A stretch of 64,000 nt of DNA from an uncultured delta proteobacterium (GTDB lineage Bacteria; Desulfobacterota; Binatia; Binatales; Binataceae): assembly GCA_963815835.1 (NCBI GenBank), contig CAWFIF010000001.1:772807-836806 (forward strand), in the 5' to 3' direction. The notes beneath the pieces are model-generated. The model saw only the letters and a program-made list of their open reading frames with translations, had not been told where the DNA came from and searched no databases. A program made the position numbers and the translations under genes. This document shows positions 1-12,320 of this stretch, in pieces (the first letter of the stretch is position 1; each line of letters starts with the position of its first letter).

Positions 1-129
1 AAATCGACGAGGCAGGGCGGATCGTAAGAATCGTCAACAACACCGGAAATCGAATCGCGCTGAAAAGTTACGCGCCCGGATAGCCGCACCATCAACCTGT
101 TCAATTGTTGACGAGAATGCGGTTTGACT

Positions 130-738
130 TCAGAAAGGCACGCCCGAACGGGCAGGCCCGGAGCATAGCAGGCTCAGCAGGCGTTTCATCGCGAGCCGCA
201 CCTCGATGGCGAAACATACGCTCGCCACCAGATACAGGAACGCCGTCATCCCGAGCACCGCCATTCGAGCGCCGAAGGTCGCGGCCACGCGCGAATCGAC
301 CACCAGGGAATTCCAGAACAGGAACATTACGATGGCGAGCCAGACGGCAATGACCGGCCACACCATCCGCATGGTGAGAGTGACGATGGTTACAAGGCCG
401 TCGCGCCGGAAGCGCCCTTCAACGATCGGCAGGAATGAGTTTGGAGCATTGATGACCCGATGTATTTTGAAACGGCCCCCCGCAACCCTGCCCTCAAAAA
501 ATCCGCGCTTCGTCGAAGTCGGCCATCCAAACTTCCTGGGCGGTTCGACGTTCTCTTGAAGAACCCTGGCAGCATGCTCCGTGCTCATTGGCGTCGAGAA
601 TTGGAATCTGCGAAATGGTGGCCGAAAAAAATCCTTCATGGTCGGTTCGAAATCAGACCCAGCGATCTGTTCGGCTTCAAACATTGGATGGACTGCGACG
701 CGACGATCGTAACGGCCTCGCGCATCAGGGTAAAGCAC
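130..738 (-). CDS. hypothetical membrane protein; start uncertain
   Basis: 202-aa ORF with two hydrophobic C-terminal helices (VWPVIAVWLAIVMFLFW, AVLGMTAFLYLVASVCFAI). No recognisable domain. Confidence 0.35.
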   Translation of the reverse strand: MLYPDARGRYDRRVAVHPMFEAEQIAGSDFEPTMKDFFRPPFRRFQFSTPMSTEHAARVLQENVEPPRKFGWPTSTKRGFFEGRVAGGRFKIHRVINAPNSFLPIVEGRFRRDGLVTIVTLTMRMVWPVIAVWLAIVMFLFWNSLVVDSRVAATFGARMAVLGMTAFLYLVASVCFAIEVRLAMKRLLSLLCSGPARSGVPF

Positions 739-822
739 GCAGGCATCGCATCTTCAACTACGAGCGGATAGGCGATGCGGAGGAAATCGACGCGGCGCCT
801 CTGAAGCCATGTGATCCAATGC

Positions 823-1155
823 TCAGAATGTGGCGCCGTAACGCCACGCCTCACTGGTGTCCAATGCGTCCTTGATCTCTTCCGGAGAGACCGGCTCTCC
901 GCTTTCCAATTTCCTGATTGCTGCAACGACGTGGCGTCGCTTGCTGTAGTAGTACATGGCCACATCATTCTCTCGGGAGCCCAGGTATGACTCGTAATTC
1001 ATTTGGTCCACGAGTTCGGCCTCCCGAAGACGCGTGAGCACTTGCGCCGCTCGCGGAGTGCCGGGCGTGACCATGGCGTCCTCCGTCGCGACGGCACTAG
1101 TGGAGAGCATCGCGATGATGAGCGCTGAAGTAATCATTCGGCGGGCAGTGGCCAT
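823..1155 (-). CDS. small secreted hypothetical protein
   Basis: 110-aa ORF with an N-terminal signal-peptide-like segment (MATARRMITSALIIAMLSTSAVA). No known domain. Confidence 0.4.
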   Translation of the reverse strand: MATARRMITSALIIAMLSTSAVATEDAMVTPGTPRAAQVLTRLREAELVDQMNYESYLGSRENDVAMYYYSKRRHVVAAIRKLESGEPVSPEEIKDALDTSEAWRYGATF

Positions 1156-1466
1156 TGCGCTAATAGGCCTCCATCAGAGTGACGGTCCGGCGTGCTCTTA
1201 AGATTCGTAGCATGCTGCCGAGGGAAAAAAATACTCCCAAAAGCTGGCACGGTGCGGCCGAATCATAGCGTCCACGTTGAGGATCGCTCGGTGTTTGACG
1301 AGCGCGAATCGCTTCGCGGTCCATTGTATCTTTCACAGCGAATGCGCAATTCCCGAAGGTAGGCAGGGCGGAAGAGCGCGAAGAACGGCGAAGACGATAC
1401 TGGCTTGCTCATGCCTAATTCGCTAGCGTTCGTGACGCGCGGAACCTCGCGCGAGAGGAGACAGTC

Positions 1467-1871
1467 GTGCAAGTAAGCAAAGACTCTATCGATTTGGGAA
1501 TCATCGTGACCGACGAGAAGGCGGCCCTTGCCTTCTACCGCGACGGGCTCGGTTTGGAATGGGAGGGCGAGTTGCCGCTGCCAGGAGGCAGGATGTATCG
1601 CCTCAAGTGCGGAACCACCGTCATCAAACTATTGAAGCTCGAGCGGACCCCGGCGGCAAAACCCGCACCGGGCGGCCCGATGGGCGGACTCGGCTACCGC
1701 TATTTCACGATCTCGGTGCCCGATATCCGCGGATTAATGACACAGCTCGAGGCGAAGGGCATCCGCCCCACAATGCCCGTCACCGAGTTCCGTCCGGGTG
1801 TCACGATCGCGATGGTGACCGATCCTGACGGCAACACGGTCGAGTTCTTACAGAATACGCCCGCGAAATGA
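1467..1871 (+). CDS. VOC family protein (glyoxalase/bleomycin-resistance fold)
   Basis: 134 aa with bipartite beta-alpha-beta-beta-beta pattern. The C-terminus has the typical DPDGNTVEF motif. Confidence 0.65.
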   Translation: MQVSKDSIDLGIIVTDEKAALAFYRDGLGLEWEGELPLPGGRMYRLKCGTTVIKLLKLERTPAAKPAPGGPMGGLGYRYFTISVPDIRGLMTQLEAKGIRPTMPVTEFRPGVTIAMVTDPDGNTVEFLQNTPAK

Positions 1872-1998
1872 TGGAGCCGCGGGGCAGTTCCATTCTGGTC
1901 TCTTCATATCGGGCGCAGGCTGGTTTTCGAGCGCGATAAGAACGAGCTGGATGGTTCATTGATCCGCCGCGCAACCTAACGGCTGCGGGGGCGCCGGA

Positions 1999-3021
1999 CT
2001 AGATACCAAGGATCCAATTCAGGAAAAGACCGAGCACGAACAGCGCGCCGGCGCGCCGCGTATGCACGAACGCCGCCGACACGTACCACAGCGGCCAGAC
2101 CGGATATCCCGGCGGCGGCGAACTCGGCTTGGGCTTCGAATAGACGTCGAGCGCCTGCAAGAGCATCGGCAGCCCGCCGAGCACGACCAAGGCGCCGAAC
2201 CCGAGCGTACGCGTCAGCACCATCGCCACGACAACCAAGTAGAACGAAATCATCAGCGCCTGGTTGAGGCGGAGCGCCCTCTTCTCGCCGAGGATCACCG
2301 GCAAGGTGTGCACGTCCTTTCCCGAATCGTAGGGAAGTTTGTCGATGTGCTTGCCGATAAGTACGCTCGTCACGAGGATCGCGTAGGGAAGCGACGCAAC
2401 CCAGACCCAGGCGGGTACTTGCCCGGTGGTGACGAAGTACGTGCCACCGACCATCAGCGGGCCCCATACGATGAACACGCCCGGTTCGCCCAGTCCGAGA
2501 TGTTTTAGCCGCACCGGTGGTGCAACATAAAACACGCTGATGAACAGGCCAGCCAAGGCGAAGAGGACCACCGCCCATCCGCGCATCGCGAAGAGAAAAA
2601 CCATTATCACCGCGTCAATCAAGTTGAGCACGACGATGGCGCGTAGGAGCTCTGCCCTGGTAACCCAGCCCGCGAGCACAGGATGGGGCGCATACAATGC
2701 ACGCGGCGCTTCGGACGTATCGATGCCGCCGGTCAGATCGAAGTAGTCGTTGATGAGATTGTTGCCGGCGTGCGCGAGGCCGAGGCCGATCAGACTGAGC
2801 AGGAAATATGACCAGTTCGGATTGGCCGCGCGCGCAGCAAGCAACCCGCCGATAAGGCCGGAGGTCAGCGTCATCGGGATAACGCCTGCGCGCGTGATGA
2901 TGAGCCATCGTGAGACGCCGTCCATGCGCTCGTCGGGCAGGTTCATCGTGAGGAGCGCCTCGCGCCAGTTCTTCAGCCGCTCGGCCCAGTCAATAGGATG
3001 GGTCTTTACCAACTCAGCCAT
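1999..3021 (-). CDS. UbiA family prenyltransferase (MenA-like)
   Basis: 340-aa polytopic membrane protein with the Asp-rich NNLINDYFDLTGGID motif characteristic of UbiA/MenA prenyltransferases. Confidence 0.75.
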   Translation of the reverse strand: MAELVKTHPIDWAERLKNWREALLTMNLPDERMDGVSRWLIITRAGVIPMTLTSGLIGGLLAARAANPNWSYFLLSLIGLGLAHAGNNLINDYFDLTGGIDTSEAPRALYAPHPVLAGWVTRAELLRAIVVLNLIDAVIMVFLFAMRGWAVVLFALAGLFISVFYVAPPVRLKHLGLGEPGVFIVWGPLMVGGTYFVTTGQVPAWVWVASLPYAILVTSVLIGKHIDKLPYDSGKDVHTLPVILGEKRALRLNQALMISFYLVVVAMVLTRTLGFGALVVLGGLPMLLQALDVYSKPKPSSPPPGYPVWPLWYVSAAFVHTRRAGALFVLGLFLNWILGI

Positions 3022-3246
3022 GATTCAGTTTTCGTGGGACACTGGCGTTTGTCGCGCTGCCGGGCATAATGAAAACCTCACGCCGCGCTTTGACCTCACG
3101 CACAGGCTATCGGCATCGCAGCTCTCTTTGCAATCGGCAGGGGTGCTATCGCCGCTTGTTCAACGAATGCTCTGCCTGCCGGAGCTGTTACGCATACGCA
3201 CATTGATGCGCTATCACTGAAAGCAAATGTGCTGGGATAAAACCCG

Positions 3247-4164
3247 ATGAAAGAAAAACCTCGATGGCTCAAGGAACTGTTGCCGTGGGAGCAGAAAACG
3301 ATCCCCGTCAACGGCCGCACGATGGCCTATGTGGACGAGGGGAATCGCGAGGGACGGCCGGTGCTGCTTCTGCACGGTAATCCGGTATGGGGATTTCTCT
3401 ATCGCGATTTCATTAAGCCGCTGGCGGACGCGGGATATCGCGTCATCGCGCCCGATTGGATTGGCTCCGGATACTCCGACCACCCGCGCGTCGATGCCTC
3501 GTTCACCCTCGCGCATCATATCGCGGACCTCGTCTCGCTCATCGATCAACTAAAACTGCGCGGCTTCGTCGTCGTCGGCCAGGATTGGGGCGGGCCGCAG
3601 GGAGTTGGGGCGGCATTGCAACGGCTCGGTGAGCTGTCCGCGTTGGTCCTGATGAACACCTGGCTCTACACCGACTACAAAGGACAGTTTCATCAGTCGC
3701 CGCTTCCGTGGACGACGTGGCATGCGCCGCTTATTGGCCAGCTTTTGATGAAGCGATTCAAAGTCCTCTCGCATGCCGGGCCGTCTGCGATCACCAAGCG
3801 CGGGATGAGCGATGCGGAGAAGCGTGCGTATCATCATGTGTACGATGAGCCTGATTCGGATCACGTGGTGCTCACCTGGCCGCGCACCATCCCGCTGCGC
3901 GAAGGCGATCGCGGATGGGCCGACATGCAGATGCTCCAGCGCCGATTGCCCGAGCTCGCAAAGACGCCAACGCTCCTGCTGTGGGCGCCGGAAGATGCGG
4001 TGTTCCCGATCGAGTATGCGAATCGGCTCAAGCAACTGCTTCCTCACGCGGAAGGACCGATCCTGTTCGACCGGGCATCGCACTTTCTGCAGGACGATCG
4101 CGGACCCGACCTGGTGGCCGCGATCATTTCGTTTCTGGGTCGCACCGTGGGGAATAATTTATGA
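3247..4164 (+). CDS. alpha/beta hydrolase, haloalkane-dehalogenase-like
   Basis: Motifs: HGNPVWGFLYR (oxyanion), GQDWGG nucleophile elbow, C-terminal His (ASHFLQDD). About 305 aa. Confidence 0.75.
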   Translation: MKEKPRWLKELLPWEQKTIPVNGRTMAYVDEGNREGRPVLLLHGNPVWGFLYRDFIKPLADAGYRVIAPDWIGSGYSDHPRVDASFTLAHHIADLVSLIDQLKLRGFVVVGQDWGGPQGVGAALQRLGELSALVLMNTWLYTDYKGQFHQSPLPWTTWHAPLIGQLLMKRFKVLSHAGPSAITKRGMSDAEKRAYHHVYDEPDSDHVVLTWPRTIPLREGDRGWADMQMLQRRLPELAKTPTLLLWAPEDAVFPIEYANRLKQLLPHAEGPILFDRASHFLQDDRGPDLVAAIISFLGRTVGNNL

Positions 4165-4550
4165 AGTTCATCACACCGTCAGCCGAAGAACTCGCCGGAT
4201 TGCGCGCCGATCCGCTGCTATGGGAACAAGAGCTCGACGTCCGCCCGGAAGTCGCGGAATCGATCGAGCGCGCGGCCGGAAAGCGTGCGGGAAAAGTCTT
4301 CTGGCGCTCCGCAAATAACCATCTATATGCGCTCGAACTTGCGGATCTCGGCCGCGGGCGCCCATCGATGGCGATGGTATACGGATATTGGAATCGCTAC
4401 GAACCGCGTCCGGCCGAGGATCAGATCGACGCGGACTTGATGGATTTTTGTTTGTGGGTGGCCGAAGTATCGGAAGGCCTCGACCCCGAGCATCTGGCGC
4501 GCGTGCTGACCTTCGCGGGTCATCCGGTGATGTGGCCGAAAGCGATCTAG
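4161..4550 (+). CDS. hypothetical protein, translationally coupled to the hydrolase (ATGA overlap)
   Basis: 129-aa ORF with no recognisable domain. Its 3' end is duplicated as a relic at 10255-10310. Confidence 0.4.
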   Translation: MKFITPSAEELAGLRADPLLWEQELDVRPEVAESIERAAGKRAGKVFWRSANNHLYALELADLGRGRPSMAMVYGYWNRYEPRPAEDQIDADLMDFCLWVAEVSEGLDPEHLARVLTFAGHPVMWPKAI

Positions 4551-4930
4551 AACTATGGTGTCCACATTTACCGGGAAGCGGTTCGAAAGCTAAAAAGCCA
4601 CTGTATCCAAACGCGCCATCTACTTTCAGCCGCTGACACGATTCGTGATCGAAGGGTAAATCCTCGTTCAACTTTCTTCGCATTGTCCGGTTGGCATGCC
4701 TTCTGCTGCGACTGTTTTTCAAGGCGCCATCGGGACCAAGCGAGGAAAAAATGTCTAGCGCATGGAATGCGAAAAAGGCTTCTGCGAAGGAGAGCACGGC
4801 TCGTTTGCGCGCGGATACGGGGTCTGCATCTTTCACGAACTCCACGCCGCCGATCGATGAGGGCCGCTAAGCTACCTCTTGTGCTTGCTTGTGACCCCGA
4901 CGGTCCCGCGCTCGGAGATAAAGGCGATAG

Positions 4931-6694
<1,764 letters not shown>

Positions 6695-6697
6695 AAC

Positions 6698-7701
6698 ATG
6701 GCGCTGCGACCAAGCATCGTGACCTCGAATGTCGACGCCGAGCACGCGCTGGCGCTATTGCGGGAGATGGTCCGTATCCGCCGCTTCGAAGAAAAATGCG
6801 CTGAGTTGTACAGTGCCACGAAGATTCGCGGATTCCTTCATCTATATATCGGTGAGGAGGCCGTCGCCGTCGGCGCGATGCGCGCGCTCACGCCGGAAGA
6901 CTCCGTCGTCGCGACCTACCGCGAGCACGGTCACGCGCTGTTGCGCGGGATTCCGGCCGGCGCGATCATGGCCGAGATGTTCGGCAAGCAGGAAGGATGC
7001 AGCCGGGGCCGCGGCGGCTCGATGCATCTGTTCGACGTGAAGCATCGATTTTTCGGCGACAATGCGATCGTGGGAGGCGGGCTGCCACTCGCGGTTGGCG
7101 TCGCGCTGGCCGACAAGCTGCAACATCGATCGAGAATCACCGCTTGCTTCTTCGGCGACGGCGCCGTGGCCGAGGGTGAGTTCCACGAATGCATGAACCT
7201 CGCGGCGTTGTGGAAGCTTCCGGTCCTGATGTGCTGCGAGAACAACCTCTATGCGATGGGCACGGCGCTGAAGCGAGCGCAATCGCAGACCGATCTGAGC
7301 CTCAAGGCGGCGGCATACGAAATGCCCTCGTGGCCGGTCGATGGGATGGACGTCGTAGCATGCGAGGAAGCCGCACATCGAGCCGCGCTCGCAGTGCGCT
7401 CCGGGGAGGGTCCCTGCTTTCTCGAATTCCGCACTTATCGCTTCCGCGCGCGCACTCGATGTACGATCCGCAGCTCTATCGCGACAAGCGCGAAGTCGAG
7501 GAATGGAAGAAACGCGATCCCGTCACAACCTTTCAGAATCGCCTGACGGCCGAGGACATTTTGGACGACGCAAACATGAAGCGCATCGAAGATGAGGTCG
7601 CGGCAGAAATCGAAAAAGCGATCGCATTCGCCGAAGCCGGCACCTGGGAACCGGTCGAAGAACTGACGCGTTTCGCATACTCGGAAAAAAAGCCGACATG
7701 A
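6698..7701 (+). CDS. TPP-dependent 2-oxoacid (acetoin/pyruvate) dehydrogenase E1 alpha subunit; single-nucleotide frameshift near 7447-7452
   Basis: N-terminal ORF 6698-7546 carries the TPP-binding [12 protein letters not shown] motif and ends ...LEFRTYRFR. The C-terminus continues in the +2 frame ([16 protein letters not shown] 7189-7701). The frames join inside a gcgcgcgc run. Confidence 0.75.
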
Positions 7702-8696
7702 GCTCGGACACGAACAAAATCAAGATCACGTATCGCGAGGCGATGCGTCAGGCGATTCGAGCGATGAATCGCGACGCGCGCGTCTTCCTGATGGGCGAAG
7801 ATGTCGGCGCGTACGGCGGATGCTACGCGGTGAGCAAGGGACTGCTGGAGGAATTCGGTCCCGATCGCATCCGCGACACGCCCCTCTCTGAATCGGCCTT
7901 CGTCGGTGCGGGAATCGGCGCAGCGATGAACGGCATGCGGCCGATTGTGGAAATCATGACGGTCAACTTCAGCCTGCTGGCGCTCGATCAAATCATCAAC
8001 AACGCGGCGACTATCCTTCACATGTCGGGCGGCCAGTTCAATATTCCGCTCGTGATCAGGATGACGACCGGCGCTGGCCGTCAACTCGCGGCGCAACATT
8101 CGCATAGCCTCGAAGGATGGTAAGCGCACATTCCGGGCATCAAGGTGCTTGCGCCGGCAACGTTGGAGGACGCGCGCGGGATGTTATGGACTGCGCTCGA
8201 GGATCCCGACCCGGTGCTCATCTTCGAGCATGGCACGCTCTATAACTTTGAAGGTGAGATGTCCGCCGATGCGGGCGCGGTCGAGATTTCGAAGGCCGCG
8301 GTGCGGCGCGCGGGCACGGATGTGAGCCTGATCACTTATGGTGGCACGCTCGGCAAGACGATACAGGCGGGGGAGCAGCTTGCCACGTCGGGCATCGATG
8401 CTGAGGTGATTGACCTTCGCACGCTGCGGCCGCTCGATACCGAGACGATTCTCGATTCGGTGACGCGCACGCATCGCGCGGTCATCATCGATGAAGGATG
8501 GCGTAGCGGCAGCATCTCGGCGGAGATCAGCGCGCGCGTCATGGAGGGCGGATTCTACGAACTGGACCTGCCGGTAGAACGCATCTGCAGCGCCGAAGTT
8601 CCCATACCTTATGCCAAACATCTTGAGGACGCCGCACTGCCGCAAGCTTCAACGATCGTCGAAACCGTGACGCGCATGGTGGGCGCTCATGGCTGA
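7698..8696 (+). CDS. 2-oxoacid dehydrogenase E1 beta subunit; in-frame TAA at 8121-8123
   Basis: ORFs 7698-8123 and 8145-8696 are in the same frame, separated by one TAA (..[19 protein letters not shown]..). Family consensus has Tyr/Phe (W-F/Y-AHIPG) at that codon. Transketolase-like pyrimidine and C-terminal domains are present. Confidence 0.75.
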
Positions 8697-9921
8697 TTTC
8701 CTCATGCCCTCGCTCGGCGCCGATATGGAAGTCGGCACCGTTCTGCAATGGCTGGTAAAGCCGGGTGACGCGGTGAAGCGCGGCGATATCGTCGCGGTGG
8801 TGGATACCGAGAAGGCCACTATCGAGTTGGAAATCTTCCAGACCGGCGTCATCCAAAAGATCGTCGTGCCCGAGGGCGAAAAGGTTCCTGTCGGTACGCT
8901 ACTGGCGGTGCTTGCGGTGGACGGCGAGGTCGTGCCCGCGCCTCCCGAAGTTAAACCTAAACCCGTCACCCTCACAGCGCCCCCGCCTGCTCCTGCGCCG
9001 GTCATTGCGAAGCCTCCGGCGAGGCCTGCCGCGCCCCATCGCATGCATATCTCCCCGCTCGCGATGCGCGTTGCGATGGATCTGAAGGTCAACCTCGCTA
9101 CCGTCAAGGGCACCGGCCCAGATGGCGCGATCACCAAGGCCGATGTCGAGCGCGCCGCGAAAGCTCCGCCGATGCCTCCTACGCCTCCAGCTGCCGCAAC
9201 TGTTGAAGCCCCAGCACCAGCAGCGCCCGCGAAGCCTGCAGTCGCACCTATTGACCATCATGCGGCGATGCGGAAAGTAATCGCGGCGGCGATGGCGCGC
9301 TCCAAGCGCGAGATACCGCATTACTACCTCGGCACGCACATCGACATGAGCAAAGCGATGGCCTGGCTGCAGGCCGAGAACCTCAAACGCCCGGTGACCG
9401 AACGGCTCCTCTATTCGGTACTGCTACTGAAAGCCGTCGCGCTCGCGGTTCACGAAGTACCCGAGATGAACGGCTTCTGGATCGATGGCGCGTCCAAACG
9501 GAGCGAGGCGGTTCACGTTGGCGTTGCAATATCGATTCGCCAGGGCGGGCTCATCGCGCCGGCGATCCACGATGTCGACAAAAAAAGCCTCGGCGAGATC
9601 ATGGTGAGTTTGCGGGATCTGGTAAAGCGCGTGCGCGCCGGCGTGCTTCGCAGTTCGGAAATTGCGGAGGCGACGATCACGGTCACCAGCCTCGGCGAGC
9701 AGGGCGTCGAAACTGTCTTCGGGGTCATCTACCCGCCGCAGGTCGCGCTGGTCGGGTTCGGCAAGATCGTCGAACAGGCGTGGGCGCGGGACGGTATGGT
9801 CGGCGCACGGCCTATTATGATGGCGAGCCTGTCGGGCGACCATCGCGCGAGCGACGGTCATCGCGGCGGATTGTTCGTTGCAGCCATCGAGCGTCTACTA
9901 CAGGAGCCGGAGAAGCTGTGA
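8689..9921 (+). CDS. dihydrolipoamide acyltransferase E2 (lipoyl domain + E3-binding domain + catalytic domain)
   Basis: Lipoyl-lysine motif [11 protein letters not shown], Ala/Pro linkers, PSBD ([26 protein letters not shown]) and catalytic DHRASDG motif. Confidence 0.85.
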   Translation: MADFLMPSLGADMEVGTVLQWLVKPGDAVKRGDIVAVVDTEKATIELEIFQTGVIQKIVVPEGEKVPVGTLLAVLAVDGEVVPAPPEVKPKPVTLTAPPPAPAPVIAKPPARPAAPHRMHISPLAMRVAMDLKVNLATVKGTGPDGAITKADVERAAKAPPMPPTPPAAATVEAPAPAAPAKPAVAPIDHHAAMRKVIAAAMARSKREIPHYYLGTHIDMSKAMAWLQAENLKRPVTERLLYSVLLLKAVALAVHEVPEMNGFWIDGASKRSEAVHVGVAISIRQGGLIAPAIHDVDKKSLGEIMVSLRDLVKRVRAGVLRSSEIAEATITVTSLGEQGVETVFGVIYPPQVALVGFGKIVEQAWARDGMVGARPIMMASLSGDHRASDGHRGGLFVAAIERLLQEPEKL

Positions 9922-10163
9922 CCGACGACGAGATCAAAACGCTCTATCTACGTGAGCTGCATAAGGTAGCACCCGAGGTCGAGTTAAGCGAAATCGATCC
10001 GGAGATCGATTTGCGCGAGCAGATCGATCTTGACTCGATGGACATCCTGAATCTCGCGATCGCGATCCACGAGGCGACAGGAGTTGATATTCCGGAAGCG
10101 GACTATCCGCAGATGGCGAGCTTGAACGGCTGCATGGCGTACCTGCATTCGCGCACCAGTTAG
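9918..10163 (+). CDS. acyl-carrier-protein-like phosphopantetheine-binding protein
   Basis: GTG start overlaps the E2 stop (GTGA). The 81-aa product contains the carrier-protein Ser motif IDLDSMDILNLAIAI. Confidence 0.55.
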   Translation: MTDDEIKTLYLRELHKVAPEVELSEIDPEIDLREQIDLDSMDILNLAIAIHEATGVDIPEADYPQMASLNGCMAYLHSRTS

Positions 10164-10254
10164 TGAAAACCTCCGCGTAGTCACCTGGTGCTGTTGTGTC
10201 TTAGGAACCCGGCACGACCTTCAATCGATGAGGCTTCGCTGCCTCGAGTCGAGA

Positions 10255-10310
10255 ACCTGGCGCAAGTGCTGACTTTCGCGGTCTTCCGGTGATGTGGCCG
10301 AAAGCGAGCT
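10255..10310 (+). other. relic duplicate of the 3' end of the gene at 4161-4550
   Basis: About 55 nt nearly identical to 4495-4550 (..gtgctgac.ttcgcgg.tc.tccggtgatgtggccgaaagcga..). No intact reading frame. Confidence 0.6.
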
Positions 10311-10364
10311 AAAGCGATAGCGCCCGACAAATCTGTCAGATGAGCACCGGCGAGTGAACTCGCC

Positions 10365-10601
10365 CTACCAACGCTGAAACCCACGTCGCGGAAGATTTCC
10401 GCCGTCGCAAATCGTATCGCACTTCCACGACGAGGCCTCGATGTTCCTTCCAGCCAGCTCCATGTACCACAAGAGCAGGATCGCGTCGGTCTGTTCGACG
10501 ACGAGATCGGGTGTGAAGCCCCAGACATGGCGCCGGTAACCGTCGAGCGCGCTATTGTAGTCGAGATTGGTGAGTGACCCAAAACCCGAAAAGTAGCCCA
10601 C
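10365..10601 (-). pseudogene. gene fragment abutting the IS3 left end (unknown family)
   Basis: 78-aa ORF starting 9 bp from the IS3 inverted repeat. No upstream continuation. Likely a truncated remnant. Confidence 0.3.
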
Positions 10602-10609
10602 CGATCAGT

Positions 10610-11937
10610 TGAGAGAGCGGCGACGAATTTGGTCCTCAGCAGAGCGATGAGGAGAGCACACGATGCCGAAGAAGGGTCAGAGCGGATGTTGCGCCAGGCG
10701 AGAGCGGGGACGAAGGTAAGCGCGATCTGTCGCGAACACGGAATCAGCGACGCGACTTTTCACAGTTGGAAGAAGAGGTAATGGAGCCTCGGCTTGAGCG
10801 AGTTGCGCGAACTGCGACAGTTGCGCGAAGAAACCCCCAAGCTCAAGCGGTTGGTGGCCGATCTTTCACTCGACCGGCACCTCCTGCAGGACATCGTGCA
10901 AAAGAGCTGTAAAGCTCCGGCAACGGCGCGCTCTGCGGCATTGGACCTAGGCGGCATACGCGCTCAGCACGCGGCGATCGTGAGGGCTGGTGAAAATCAC
11001 TCGAGTGACCGTGAGATAGCGGAGTCGGCGAGACCCGCAGCAGGCGCTACGGATGCGGCTTCGCGAACAGGCGGCGATCAGAGTGCGCTTGGGCTATCGG
11101 CGGCTGACAGTGTTGTTGAGACGCGAAGGATGGCGGGTCAACCCCAAGCGGATTTACCGCATGTTATACCGAGGACGGTCTGACGGTGCGGACCAAAACC
11201 CGCAACAAGATCGCGCGCTGCGCGCGGGTAGCGACACCCAAAGCAACCCGACCTAACGAACGCTGGAGTATGGACTTTATGCGCGCTCGGCTGCTCAATG
11301 GGCGCTGGTTTCGAGTGCTGACCATAGTCGATCAGTTTACCCGGGAGTGCCGCGCTTTGTCCGCTGACAACTCTCTCAACGGGAACCAGGTCGCGTTGGA
11401 ACTCTCGCAACTGGTAGCCGAGCACGGTGCACCGCGCTCGATCACTGCGGACAACGGCAGTGAATTTGTGAGTACAGCAATCGACACATGGGCTTACCAA
11501 CATGGTGTGCAACTGGACTTCATTTGTCCTAGCAAGCCGGTCGAGAACAGGTACATCGAGTCGTTCAAGGGGCGATTGCGCGACCAGTGCCTCAAGGTGG
11601 AGGTCTTTTTCGCGCTCGCCGACGTTCGCGAGAAGCTCCAGGTTGGCGCCAGGACAACAATCAGGTGCGGCCGCACAGTGCGCTAGCCGATCGGACGCCC
11701 GAGGAGTTTGCCAGAGCTTGGCAGGCTTTGAGCTCGGCTTCAGAGCGCACCGCGGGGCCAGCACACCACGCGCTGGCCGAAGCGGCGCTGGGCCCTGAAG
11801 CCGCGGATGCGAAACTTGTAGCGCTTTTCGGCTCGCCCTACCTCGAGATGAAGGGCGCGGCCGAAAAGCTGCTCATAGAAGCAGTCTAATCAGGTTTCCG
11901 CTCTGAACTGAGGAGCAGGATCGTTGCGTTTCTCTCG
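10610..11937 (+). mobile_element. IS3-family insertion sequence (IS407-like), degenerate
   Basis: OrfA-like N-terminus (MPKKGQ..RMLRQARAGTKVSAICREHGISDATFHSWKKR) plus leucine-zipper segment (ELRQLREETPKLKRLVADLSLDRHLLQDIV). OrfB rve/DDE integrase (WSMDFM.., ITADNGSEF, ..WRQDNNQVRPHSAL). Imperfect terminal IRs of about 37 bp start with TGAGAGAG. Frameshifts exceed the single programmed -1. Confidence 0.8.
10663..11889 (+). pseudogene. IS3-family transposase orfAB, multiply frameshifted
   Basis: Transposase homology is spread over at least four ORF fragments (10794-11183, 11053-11256, 11186-11686, 11587-11889) in different frames. Confidence 0.75.
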
Positions 11938-12320
11938 GGTCGCATGGTCGCGCCTCCATCATAGGAGGCGATGCTAACATGGCGTTTGATGTGCGTGGAT
12001 GGTTACTGTCAATTTTTCTCCCAAACCCAGTGCTAAGCGGCCGCCTTTCGCTGGCTCCCACGACAGCCAAAGCGGGCGATCTGCAAGCAGTCGATGCTGT
12101 CGGTCTTGATCCGCGCCAATTCTTCAACGCCAAAGCGATGTATGCGCTGCGGGTTGACCTTGCCCTCCGCAATTCCCCCACCTTGTCGTCCCCGACTGGC
12201 ATGTCGCGTGGACCAATACGCGACGACATCCGCGCGTCCTCGATGAGACGGGCGCAAACCGGGCTCGGAGAACGTCTACAATTGGCAGACTTCCTTGGTT
12301 TGACAGCACGCACGCCGTCG

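Noticed and set aside
1236-1256. TGGCAC motif as a sigma-54 promoter (an rpoN gene is present in the window)
   Set aside because: The spacing and -12 element do not fit TGGCAC-N5-TTGC.
4751-4870. 39-codon ORF (MSSAWNAKKASAKE...) in the acs leader as a possible leader peptide
   Set aside because: It has no RBS context and no conservation evidence, and is too short to support from sequence alone.
8121-8123. In-frame stop in E1beta as a possible recoding or selenocysteine site
   Set aside because: The codon is TAA, not TGA. No hairpin follows, and the family has Tyr/Phe here. A point mutation or sequencing error is the parsimonious reading.
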